Shown: piece after piece, positions 50,840 through 63,166 of the stretch
How positions within the stretch are numbered: the stretch's first letter is position 1
Layout of the letters: every line of letters begins with the position of its first letter
Source: Cenococcum geophilum
Taxonomy: Eukaryota
Length of the DNA: 64,000 nt
NCBI GenBank assembly: GCA_050273025.1
Contig: CP158635.1
Location: forward strand, 23,002,001-23,066,000
Direction of reading: 5' to 3'
Position numbers and translations under genes: made by a program
Notes under the pieces: generated by a model
The model's input: the letters and a program-made list of their open reading frames with translations, nothing else
Database searches by the model: none
Told to the model about the DNA's origin: nothing

Positions 50840-52358
50840 ATATGTAATAGATATTAACTATTACGTATAAAACTGCAACAACTGCTATAGGTCTATAATT
50901 CTATAAGATAAAACCTTAGGACTATTAAAACCTCTCCTAATACCTAACCGCCCCTAGCAGTATATCTTTATAGACTTTTATAAGCTACCTATAGACCGTA
51001 ATAAATATAATATAGTTATAATTCTAGTTAATCGCTTTAGTAAGCGCCTATTCTTAATTCCCTATTATAAAAATATTAATACTAAGGAGGCGGTCTAACT
51101 ATATATCTATTACGTTTACCGCATTTACAAACTACCAGATACTATTATATTTAATTACGGCCTGTAATTTATATTAGCCTTCTAAAATAAGTTTACCTAG
51201 ATCCTAGGTATTAGGCTAAAGCTCTTTATAGTATACTACCCCTAAATAAACGGCTAGACGGAGATTATAAATTAATATTTAGATTAGAGACTCTAGCTTT
51301 TTATTAACTACTTTAGGATAACTAGGGCGAACTACTACCCCTAATAGACTACGCCTAGGCAACCCTACCTTATAACCTTATAGGATTTGCACCTATTTAA
51401 CTAGAAATAGGGTATTTACCCTAAATAAGCTTTAACTAGGATAGATTAGAAAAACCACAGACTATATATAAGAAACTATCTTATAAGGAAGCCTAGATAG
51501 TAGCCTATATAAATCTAAAAAAGGCCTAAAAATTAATAAAATAGCAGGTAAATAAGTATAGGCGCGAACCCGACTTTACTGTAGGCGATATAGTCTAGGT
51601 TATAACAAAGAACTAGAAAATAAAACGGCCTAGCTATAAGCTAGACTATTAGATAGCAGGACTATATAAGGTCCTTAAGAAGATAGGTAACTTATATAAA
51701 GTAAAGCTCCTAGATTTAATTAAGGTTTACCCTATTTTCTTACTAAATAAGCTATAGAAAGCCGCGAACAACCTATTACCTAGACAAAAAAACAAACCTC
51801 CTTTACTAATTTAAGTTAATAGCGATAACAAATAGAAAATTAAAGAAGTACTAGCTTATAAACTAATAAGGAAAACGCTAAAGTACCGCGTTAGTTGGAA
51901 AAGCTATAACCTAAACCCTACCTAGTACCCTATATAGAACTTTATTAGCAGTCCCTATAAGCTTTAAGAATTTTATAGCTATTACCCTAATAAACTAAGA
52001 CCCCTAAAGTACCTAGACGAGTAAATAGAGTGCTAGTATAGCGAAGATAATAAGCTACCGGAAGAACATAAAGATAAGAACGCCCTATAGGCATAATATG
52101 GACATACAAAGCCTGAGGGCAGGCTTTTGCGGAGGGGGGGGGGTAATATTACAGCACCGGCAGAACTTGGCAGAACTTGGTAGAACTTCGCGGTCACGTG
52201 ACTAGAGGACCGCATAAAAGAACCCTACTTTGACCGGCGCTGCTCTTCTTCTCCTTTCCTTTCTCTAGCTTTAGATTCTCGTTTATAGACAATCCAATTG
52301 TACAGGCTTGCGCGTCCCTCATACCGTGCTCGTGCCTCGATTGACTGAGTCGCTAACA
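50840..52358 (+). mobile_element. Ty3/Gypsy chromovirus 3' fragment (integrase, chromodomain, PPT, 3' LTR 52147-52358)
   Basis: Integrase remnants (HPQ.NGQTE-like, GPY-like) and a chromodomain remnant (KYRVSWK.Y.....W.P). G-rich PPT at ~52129-52143 is followed by the LTR ending CGCTAACA. Confidence 0.85.
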
Positions 52359-52544
52359 ATCGAGGCACGAGCACAGCAAGAGGGTCGCGCAAGCCTGTAC
52401 AAATAGTAGTCTATAAAGAAGAGCAGCGCCGCTCAATATTTTATAAGATCTTCGCGTCACGTGACCGCAATATGCGGCAATCTGTGGCAACTTGCCAGTG
52501 TGAAGTTCTGCCAAGTTCTGCCTTTTTCTGCCAGTGCCGTAACA
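52359..52544 (-). mobile_element. Inverted LTR of the same family, 3'-truncated
   Basis: Reverse complement of the 33667/52147 LTR, ending GCCGTAACA at 52544. Confidence 0.82.
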
Positions 52545-52864
52545 ATTATAGCGAAGTTGGATATATAGCGAAATCTACTTTTTTAAGGGGGAGAGGGAAG
52601 CTGGTCACGTTTTCAGCTATAGATTATAGTAATAGAAGAAGTCAAACCATAGGACGAGGGCTAGGCAAGGTTATATAGGCGAGACTTGGTTAATGTACTT
52701 AATCTACTAACGTATTAAACTAGGTTGTATAAGGACTTGTATATTTAAAGGACTATAGTCCCTACTATAAATAGTTTCCCCTTTGTAGTAAATCTTAGAA
52801 TACAATTAGAGTTAATCTATTAGGCCCTTACTTACAGTTAATCTTATTGCACTTCGTTATCTAC
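52545..52864. mobile_element. LTR fragment related to 33722-34147 (opposite orientation)
   Basis: Shared block AGTCCCTAC...GAATACAATT(A/G)GAGTTAATCT. Confidence 0.6.
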
Positions 52865-52917
52865 AAATCTCGTGTCCGCAAAAAGTGCATGAAACACGGA
52901 GTCTCCCATTAACCCTT

Positions 52918-53599
52918 CTACTCCTCCGAAAAGTCCTCAGAATCCGGATCCCACGGCTCCTGCAGTCCATTATTTATCCATCCCATTTTTAACAAAGGCA
53001 GTACATGCGCAATGACCTTGCCCTTAATTAGAGCTAATGGCAAAGGGCCAAAATAACGTAAATCCCTCGAATGCATCTAACTGTCTCCCGTAACCCAGCA
53101 GTAGCCTTCTAGTACCTATAATTCCACATTTATTAGCTATATTAAGATGCGGTTCTGTAAATTAATAGCACTTAAACCAACTTATGATGTTTAGAAGATT
53201 ATCACCTACCTGTACTAACCTTTTATCCCCTACCCCTGGCGTTCTAGACAGTATAAAATCACCTAGTATGCCCACCACCCTCTTTACCGCACCCTCGCCT
53301 TCTAGTAAAGGATGCTTAAAGTAAACTAGGTCGCCTACGCTAATGCGCCGCCCTTATCTATGTTATTTCGAAATAAGGATCCAATTCCCGACTGGGTTAA
53401 TAGTCGGCACTATACTAATGCTATAGGTAGGCTTAATAGTGTATATATAGGTTAGGAAGACGTGCACTAGAAGCGCGGTATTAGCGTAGAGTACTATAAG
53501 GCCGAAATAAGTGCGGTGGCGTTGGCCGGAGGGGAGAGTCGTGTGGGTGTGAAGGAAGTTGGGAAGGCTAGAGCGGAAGAGACGGGTAAGGCGGTTCAT
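52918..53599 (-). pseudogene. IMP1: Mitochondrial inner membrane protease subunit 1-like (peptidase S26), RIP-inactivated; intron 53209-53116
   Basis: SIVPTI (normally SM.PT), VGDLV.FKHP, AVKRVVG, V.EG.CWVTGD, SRD(L)RYFGPLPLALIKGKV. Three in-frame stops. Confidence 0.85.
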
Positions 53600-53882
53600 G
53601 GTGGGCGCATGCGATTGCTATTAGAGTGCATGTTGAACGTGTGTGGGGGCGATTGGCACCGGGATGGGTGTTGCGGTAGTAGTAAGGTTCGGAGAAAAGT
53701 CAAGCGAGATAAAAATTTTGGGTTGAGGTCGTGGAGCGAAGGGGTCTTGTGGGAACGCACGCAACTCATACCACCATAACGGTGGCTAGATATATATCTC
53801 CACTACTTTGCTGCTAGTCCCTTACTTCAATTTCAAGCTGGTTTTCAATCCATTCTATAAGCAAAGAACCACTTAGGTAATT

Positions 53883-55676
53883 ATGTCGGCAACTCCGAAT
53901 GCTGCAAAACTGCCCGACGCTATAAGAGGTGTTTCTACCCTTTTTAAAACTGTCACATATATCTTGTTCTACGCGCTCTTACATTTTCAATTTCTAAAAT
54001 GCAGTATGCACCCATTTCTTACTAGTGAAACATTAGATCTTATAACTTCCTACCATGAACTTAATTCAGGGTCTATCGATGAGCTGAGAGAAGAGCCTAG
54101 TCCACTCGAGTTCATGCGCTATGTCGCAAGAAATCTTCCGTTCGTTATCCGCAAAGGTGCCAGTAGCTGGGCTGCCGCCAAAGAATGGAACGCGAAGTAT
54201 CTTGCAGACGTGATGGGTGAGCAACTCGTAAATGTTGCGATCACCCCACATGGGTAGGTCTTTTCTTGCTTACTCCTTATTGAATCAGTCTACATTTTGC
54301 TTTCTGGCCTTTTCATGGTTAGCACAAGATTTTTAACCCCAGGGCCTCCCCGCCTTATTACACTAGTACTCATGCTGTTCTCATGACAGGGATACAATGG
54401 CTAATATCTCAATCTCCACTCGTTAAGCAACGCAGACTCCGTTGTCGAGTTGGAAGATAATAGCCTCATCTTCGTAAAGCCATATGAGACAGAGGAACCA
54501 TTCTCCAAAGTTATTCAGAAGATTCAGGACCAAGAACGTAATCCATCTTCACAAGGTAATACAGAATTTCGATCGTTTACCATTGGCAAACCTTGATGCA
54601 TTCTTTGAAGAATAAATTTACGCTGATGACGTATGTAGAGCCTACAAGATATGCACAGACTCGTAAATACCAACTGTAACACCGGCAAACGCGCCCGAAA
54701 TATTAATTGATACCAGAAAATGACAATCTCCGAAACGAATATATTCCGCTCTTCTCAGATCTTCCGAAAGACGTTCCTTTTGCGCGCATTGCTCTCCAAA
54801 AATTTCCGGATGCAATTAACTTTTGGCTAGGTATTTGAAACATGCTGTTGCGCTAGGCCCATTGTATTGTCAATTTATTTCTCCTATTACCATGCCTTCC
54901 AACTCTATCAAGCTGAGGGCTAATAAGAGTCAGGCAATTCCCACAGCACAACAGCTTTGCATAAAGACAACTACGAAAATATCTACGTCCAAGTGCGTGG
55001 CCGCAAACACTTCGTCCTCCTCCCGCCCGTCGAGAGCGCTTGCATAAACGAGCAACTTATTCCAGCCGCAACTTACACGCCTCGCCCCTCTCCGTCTCCA
55101 CCATCCACACTATCCTCATCTCCAACATCTTCCCACTCTCATTCCCCACCTCTGGCCAATACTGAAGTGGCTCTCAGTGAAGCCCTAAATGACTTGGTCG
55201 TGTGTCTTGATGAGCCAGAAGAGAATGTGCCCTTCGCGACTTGGGATCCCGATCTTCCTGATCAACGCCCGACACCCTTCTCTAAATGTTCCAGATCCCT
55301 GAGGGTTACTTTGGAAGAGGGCGATATGCTGTATCTTCCGGCTTTGTGGTAAATTCACCTTTATATACTTTTTTCTGCATGGTGTCTCGGGCCCTGATTA
55401 ATACATGCATTGGGGTTTTAGGTATCACAAAGTATCTCAGTCATGTTCATCTGAAGGCATATGCTGTGCAGTGAACTATTGGTACGTTTGTCTATCCTTT
55501 TGTTATCACGTGTCTTATTCCTTAACTCCAAACGTCTTATAACGGCTATCATTGACAGAAACAGGTACGATCTCGATTTTAGCGGTTCTTTCTGGCCACT
55601 TTGTTCATTTGCTCGAGGAGTGGGTCTTCTGACTTTGGGACGAAATCCGCAACACGGGGAGGAGGACGACGCGTAA
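53883..55676 (+). CDS. JmjC/Cupin_8 2-oxoglutarate dioxygenase, JMJD7-like, multi-exon
   Basis: EPSPLEFMRYVARNLPFV, VAITPHG|NADS, YAQT.NDNLRNEY, AINFWLG, HKDNYENIYVQ (HxD), GDMLYLPALW|YHKV and AVNYW|YD. Start codon could be 53883 or 54006. Confidence 0.9.
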
Positions 55677-55878
55677 AATGGAGAGCAAAAGGTGGTGATA
55701 CTTCTTAGGGAAATGGACATTGGAATGGAACATATACCACCACTACAATGTGTAGACAAGGCTACCATTCAAACCTCAAATGTATTATTTGTTCATAACA
55801 TAGCTAAGCAGATAATAATATCCGGTGCTTTCCGCAAACCAAGCGGCAATACGAAGTAGCCGTTTACTCACCCAAGAA

Positions 55879-58800
55879 CAGTGCTGTAATTGGTCTGGTT
55901 GGTTACAAATTTGAGCTCTGTGACCAACCGATAGCCCACTTGAAGCTCCGAACCGGTTCGCGAACCGGTTCAAACGGTTCAACCAGATAATATTTGATAT
56001 ATCGTAAGGCTTGGCATAGTGTTGAGTTACAATCAATCGTCGACAACGATATATTTGACAGTGTCTTCCTCAGTACCCTTATCTTCCTCCTAGCTCTCAT
56101 CGCCCTCATCGTCCTCATCGCCCTCATCACCCTGCCCTTCTTGCTCACCTCCTTCACCAGCCTCCTAATCTACATTACTCTGTACATTAGAATCCTTTTT
56201 GGCGGCAGCTTTAGTAGTAAGCTCTTCCTTATATAAATCATTAACGTTAGGATTAATGCCTTACTCAAAGGCCTTTAGTTTCGGGCGCCCGTACCAAGAT
56301 TTTAAGCACTTATTTACTTTAATAATATTAGCTTTAAGGTAATTACATAAGTTAGTAACTAGGTGCTTTACAGAGCTAAATACTCTCTCGCACTTAGCGC
56401 TTATAAGTAGTATAGCTAGCATATTAAGGGTAAATTGGGCGAGCTCTAGCTATATAAAATATTACGAATTCCAATAAGCTAGAGGTTCTGCGGTAGGCTT
56501 AAGCTCAGCTTAAATATAGGCTTAGTAGGCGTTAACTCTTATAATAGGCGCAGCCTTAATCTGCTTATACGAGTGTAGCCTACTAAAAGTTTCGCCCAGT
56601 GTAAACTTAGTAGTAGATGGCTCTTAGGCAGCCGTAGCTGTATATTTACCTTTATATTCTTCTAGCCAGAGGTCCTCTACAAGGCCTTATATACTAAAAT
56701 CCTTAGGATCCTTAGGGCTACCACGTAGCCAGTTCTTCTTCTCTTTATCCTTCTTAAATTCTTGCTAGAACTAGGCCCATTTCTTATTTAAAAAAAGAAC
56801 TTATACAGCGTAGTAAGCGGCGCTATTATCTACGTATTTATAGTATTATTTATACTTCTCCTATAAGGAATAAGCTAAGGCTTCTAAGTAGGCGTATTTT
56901 TTACTACTACCGTATAGTTCTTATAGTTCTTTAAAATCTTCCTTTATATTAAATAAATATTTAAAAAGCTAATCTATTATAGTAAACTAGCGGTAAAGCG
57001 TGTACTTATAGCCCTAGCTATATATAGTTACCTTATAGAAGGGCTATAGAACAAAGGAGAGCTTCTTAAGTAGAAATCAGTGGTGGGTTATAAGGGTGTT
57101 ATTTTCTATGCCTTTACCGCGCTTTGGTATATAGTTACTGCAAAAGGCCTAGATATATTATTTATAATTAATAGTATATATAATAGAGCTAAAATATAAG
57201 TTCTATTAGGTTAAATTGCTTTAGATTAACTAATAGAATAAAATATTAGAATATTTTAAATATTGCGAATATTACGACTATAGCTAATTATACCCCTGTC
57301 TTTTTACGTTATATAGAGGCAGCAAATATAAAATTACGAAAATTAATACTAGATTTTGGCTCTAGATTTTAGAACTTACCTTAAGTTAATTAAATTCTGC
57401 CTACTCTCTACCAACTATAATCTTTTAAAACTCCCTATAACGCTAAGGCAATATCCTAATATACCTTATAATATTATATAGCCGACTAAGCACTCCCTAC
57501 TTCCTGTGACGGCTCGAACCATTGAACAAATGTCTCGACGGAGACTTGAACAAATGCTTGCAAGATAAAGCGAACGAATGCTGTATTACGAAGATATTAA
57601 GCTAAGGAGCAAGAGAAGGTGGTGAGGCCACGTCTATATACATATGCCAAGTCTTAAGCGAACCCCTAACTAGGTGACGCGCTCCAGCGCCGTCACACTT
57701 CCTCTAGATTACCGTAATAGTATTAAAGTCTCGCCAACTATATGCCAACTTAAGCTTCTCTAAAGTAGTATCCGCAGCCTTACCTAAAAGGAAGGCCTAG
57801 GTAGCTAGATCAACTATATAGCTAAGACACTAAATGCAATAACATTTCCGCTACCTCCCTATTATTTAGGGATAAAGGGTTCTTAAAATTAAATTAATAA
57901 CTATATTATTACTTAACGCATTATTAAATATAAAATACCTAATTTTATACTTATTAACTATATTAAGAACCACCTAGGCTATATTAACGCCGCTATGCTC
58001 TTCCTTAAGCTACTATAAGACAAGAAGCTTTATCTAGTAAGCTCTATCGCGATTAATATAATAGGCAACTATTATAATAATGGCGAAGTAATTTAGTAAC
58101 GTCTATAAGTTAAAAGATAGGTATATATTTAAACAAGCTTCTTATAAGTCTTTTTACAGCAACCTCTTCTACTTCCTAAACTCTCTTATTACCTACTTAT
58201 ATACAATATTTTATAAAGGGAGTAACCTTATAAGGCCCTTATTTAGATACTAAATTATTTTAATAAAGTAGACGTTTTTAATTTAGTAAAATATAATATA
58301 GCAGTATATAAGCCACTAAATTAGTAAAAGCTTAAAAGCTTTATACTAGGCCTTTTAAATATAATCCTACTATAATATAAAGCGGTAATTTAGGCCTATA
58401 GCCAAGATCGCTTTACCCTTCTTGTTAAATTAATAAGCCTATCTCTAGTAGCCTAATACTATTAAATTACTATCAAGCGCTATTTTTAAATTAGTTAGTA
58501 TTTATATAAGAAAGCAAAGCAACTTACTAAGAGGCTTATACTTTAGATCCTTCTTCTAATTTAGATAGTAGCAGTAGTAGTAATATTAAACGCCTGTAGC
58601 CTTGTAAATAATTATTTTTCCTTTTCCTTTATCCTATATATACGACGACTTTATATAGGCCTTCGCCTTCTATATAACCTTATCGCTACGCTTATACCAC
58701 TAGCTATAGATCTTAATTCTAGTTTATATAAAAGCCTACCTTAGTAGAGGCTCTAGATCTAAGTTAGACTTAACTTTATAATAGGTAAGAGGCTTTACCA

Positions 58801-59313
58801 GGGCTTTATTAGGCTTTATCTTTTAGCGCTTTTTTGTTAACTACTAGAGCCCTGGCTGGCGCGCTTTTAAAAGGCAGTAGAAGCCTTGCCTATAGAACGA
58901 CTACTACTTATAAAGCTGTCTCTTCCTCTATACAACAATCGACCGGTTAAAACAACAAAGCCCTCCATTAAATTAGCGATAGGTAGGAATAAGGGTAGTA
59001 AGGATAAGGTAGTAGGCGACGTAAGAACGAGGCAACGCACAATACTAGGCTTAACTCTTAAAATAGTATCCGGAAATAAGATGGTAGATCTTAACGATTT
59101 AGTGGCTTCAGCTCCCCTATATAGCGTGCGCTCTTACCCAAATCATCACCACCAAAGGCCTATACTAACCCTACTAGTTTAGCTGGTTACCCGTTTAATT
59201 AGAGAGCTTCAAAACTAACCAGCTAGAAGCCAATCAAAGCTCCGAACCGGTTGCGATTTCAAAGCTTTTCCAACCAACCAACCAATAAGCGAACCGGACC
59301 AGTTACAGCACTG
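55879..59313 (-). mobile_element. hAT transposon, full length, RIP-mutated
   Basis: TIR CAGTGCTGTAA(T/C)TGGTC(T/C)GGTT. 8-bp TSD CCCAAGAA / CCAAAGAA. Dimerisation motif SAKCERVFSS at ~56370-56400. Confidence 0.9.
57505..57697. mobile_element. Solo LTR (193 bp) inside the hAT element
   Basis: TGTGACGGC...GCCGTCACA with TSD CTTCC at 57500-04 and 57698-702. Confidence 0.9.
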
Positions 59314-59559
59314 CCAAAGAATCGTCAGAACTTACCTTGAATCGGCCGTCTATGCGCAGTTTTCTTCTGCTCGTGGACCCAGGAGTCTTTCTGTGTCTAA
59401 TTGACTTCCATCTTACATTTAAAATTGCTACGAATCTCTACGCTCCTAGTCGGTGCCCAAGGCCTTATCCTGATCAGCAATGGTCTCGTTACCCTCTTTG
59501 CACCGACTATAGTAACAGCTACTAGTGCTCTGTTGTCCGGGACATATTATAAGGCTTCT

Positions 59560-60060
59560 TTAGGGTGGCTATAACGTCAGGCCAATCGCTTTTAGCTTAC
59601 TTAAGACTTAAAGCCTCTATTAGAGCTTTATTTTGAACCTATAAAGACTTATAGAACTATACTAAGAATACTAAATTACTTATAATACTTTTAATTAATT
59701 ATAGGCTAATATAAAGGCTTAGATATAAAGTTATATAAAAATCCTTAGATTAGCTTAGGTAGTTACTAATACACTTTAGTAAGCTTTTAATAGGTCTCCT
59801 AGTAATCCTTATATCTTTTCTCTAGTTATATTTTTTCTTATTAAGGTTTTTTAAGAGTTTTAAGTAGGGGCTAGATAGCTAGATTATATATAGTAGTATA
59901 CTAATATCTCTCTAAACCCCTTCTAGGACAAGCCCTTATAATCTCCTTTTACTATAAGGTAATGGTAATTAGGGACTAACCGTAAGAAGGGGGGGCAATG
60001 TAAGGGATATTATTACGGTTACCTTGGGTTGCCCTTAGGACAACTACACAATCAATTCTG
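59560..60060 (+). mobile_element. Degenerate LTR-retrotransposon 3' fragment
   Basis: RIP-like sequence ends in the purine tract AAGAAGGGGGGG, followed by TGTAAGGG at 59999. Confidence 0.45.
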
Positions 60061-61001
60061 GAGCTCTAAAAATTACCTAAAGCTCCTTGTAGATATACAT
60101 TCGAGCAATTGCGACTTTTTTTGGAGTCTAGTATTTAGTGTGCTACCTTTTGGCCTTAATTGCAGCATCGCATCTCTTTTCCATACTATCTATTGAAGGC
60201 TTTAAAAAGGCAGGTGCTATCTTATTCTAGCAAACCATTAGGGCCTTAGATAGCTCCTTAATTACCTTATTTTTAGATCTGTGCATCTAAGTAACACATA
60301 GAAATTATTTGTGGAGCCTCTCTTTAAGTTATACCCAGGCATGCTTAATTAAACTTAAACCGGGTAAATAGAGTAGCTATCTAATCCTTTAAAACTTTAA
60401 GGTAAAAGTTGGTAGATTGTAAGGGGACTTTATGGACAGAGGGCTATAAGGCACGATTGTAGGAACAGGATAGATTGTGCAGGAGACGAGTCCTTAAGGA
60501 GGTAAGGCCCCTGGGATCGGAGAGACTATACTACGGGCACGTGCCTCCGGCACGTGACCAACGGCCATCCAAGGGGTGTCAGAGTGTTGTTGCATAGTAA
60601 TTTAGCAGGGTGTCATTTTTTATGTGTAGCACCAAAACGCCAGCATTCCCTGGCTGGAAAAAGGCGCCATCGAAAATCATGTCGTCTGCCATGATCGCCA
60701 AGCTCTCGGTTATCCCGTAAATAGAATCAAATCTGCGCCATGCGTTCCGCCGACTTGCCAAGTTACCCTGGGACTATTTGCGACTCCACCTCTTTCCGGG
60801 TAGCCATGGCTTTGGGCGCTTCTTTTTGAAGAATGGGAGTCCGTTACAGCCCATTTTTTATTTTCTCCATTTCCACCCTTCCTTTCGTTTACTTCCATGG
60901 ATAGCTCGACAATCTTTCATACGTGATAGGGATCTTAGTAATTCCAATTCGCTCGCTGTATCCCCTGTCTTTCGTTCAAATAATTTTTCATAATCACTAT
61001 A

Positions 61002-62892
61002 ATGCGTACGAGTATTGCAGTTGGGCTTCTGGCCAGTCTAAGCTCGTGGGTTAGCGGTGAGTTGCGAAACAAACATTGAATTCCATCTAGCTAGGGCTGA
61101 GCATCTTATATTCACTACCATATCTACAGCTAGCAAACCACTTCCACGCGCTCCGACTACTCTAATAACCTCCAGCGCTTCGGCTACGCCATCTGGAACA
61201 TGCTCAAATCTCGTAATCGATGACTGGGTCTCTCAATCTCGACTTACCTTTCTTTATTACAACGCAATGCTAGAACCTAGCTCAGATGATGCTACAATGA
61301 AATCAATTGTCGTTGGTTCTCCAAGCGCCAATCGAGTCACCCTCACTCCAAAAGACACGAGCTCGTATTTCTACAGTCAAGTAGGTTGTATTAACGCAAA
61401 AACCGTTTACGGCGGAATCTCTCTCCGCATCAAAGCCCCTGCTGGAACTACTTTCACTGCCGAATTGCAATCCTCATCTACCTGCAGTCAGGACGTATAT
61501 ACTGCTGTTGATCAAACAACCACTCAGCTGGGATGGACCTTCGATGGAACCGAGAAACTCTACAGCATTCCGTTCTCCAAATTCTCTGGCTTAGACACCA
61601 GCAAGATCGTGACGGTTTTCTTCACGGGCTTCACGAAACCAGTCAGTTTTGGCCCAATGGCATTCTACTGCGGCAGCACGGCGAGCGAGTACATTGTGAC
61701 CACCACCTCCGTATCCGCCGGTCCCAGCTCCACCGTCGCAGCTCCTACTGGCACGGCGCCAGCTCTCGTGATTGACCAATTCGCCGACTCCGCCAGCAAC
61801 GCATTGGGATACTGGCACGGCGCCGATGATGGCATGACGCTGGCCTGGGGGACCAGGCAGCTCACTATCAAGTCCACCGACTCCGACTACTCATTCTACA
61901 CGCAGGTAACCGGCAGCTGCCGTGACATGACTAGCTATAAGGGATCCTACCTCCACATCGCCTACAGCGGCACGAACGCCTTCACCGTCGCGCTGCAACA
62001 GCACAACGCTGCCTGCAACGAATCCGCCAACCCCTACCCCGAGACCTGGGACTCCGTCGAAGCGGCGCGCTACGCCTCTGCGACAGGCATCTACATCCCA
62101 ATGTCGCACTTCAACATCGAATTCGGGCGCGTAATCGGCGTCGCCCTGAAAGGCTTCTACAAAACGGACGCCCTCGTCCTCTCGAAAATCGAAATCGTGC
62201 CCTCCATCCCCGCGGGCTTCACGATCCCCAACAAGCTGCCCTCCGGCCAACTCGTCTTCGCCTGCAAGCGGCCCAACTCCTTCGCCTTCGCCATCGACGA
62301 CGGCGACCCGCAGTACGCGCAGCAAGTCCTGCAGATCATCAAGGAAGAGAACATCAAACTGACCTTCTTCACCGTCGGCGCGCCGCTGCTCGACCCGAGC
62401 ACCAACCTCAGCAACGTCTACCGCGAGATGCAGGCCGCGGGGCATCAGATCGCGCTGCATAGCTACACGCACCCGAAGATGGAGGGCCTGCCCGACTACG
62501 CCAGCATCGACTGGGAGTACGACAACGACATCGCGGCCGTGGCGCAGGAGCTGGGCGGGCTGCACACGCCGTATTTCCGCCCCCCGTTCGGGACCGAGGG
62601 CGCGCGCATGCGCCAGCGGCTCGCGCTCGCGACGCAGAACGATAACCCGTATGTGACGATGTGGTCGGTGGATGTGGAGGATTGGCTGTGGGCGCAGACG
62701 ACGACGCCGGAGCAGCAGCTGGTCAGTTTCCAGCGCGATGTCAATAAGGGCGGGAATTTGGTTGTTATGCACTATTTGTATCCGAGTACCGTGAGCTACT
62801 TGCAGCAGTTTATTCAGATCGCGAAGAAGACGGGGAAGCAGCTTATGCGCGTTGATCAGTGCATGATGGATCCGAATGCGCCGCCTTTGTAG
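61002..62892 (+). CDS. Secreted CE4 polysaccharide (chitin-type) deacetylase with two tandem N-terminal domains; intron 61057-61129
   Basis: Signal peptide MRTSIAVGLLASLSSWVSA. NodB motifs AIDDG, HSYTH, RPPFG, DVEDW and VVMH all present. Confidence 0.92.
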
Positions 62893-63166
62893 GCGGGTCT
62901 GGAGGAAATGAGGGATAATGTGGTGAAGATGATATAGTGAAGATGTAGAGAATATATGGAAAAGTAATGGAATTCTGTCACGGCTTTAGCAAAAAGCATG
63001 AGAAAGGTAATATTGCGAACCCTACTCCAAAGCTATATAGCTATAAAAACATTACTATTCAAGAATGAGTTTGCTAGACTATCTCCACGGTGCGTATCCC
63101 AGAAATCTAATATAGGAACGTAAATCGTTAAACCTCGATATGGTATGCGGGCAAAAATAATTGTCT

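Noticed and set aside
61891..62772. 293-aa antisense ORF
   Set aside because: A shadow of the high-GC3 codon usage of the CE4 gene, with no recognisable motifs.
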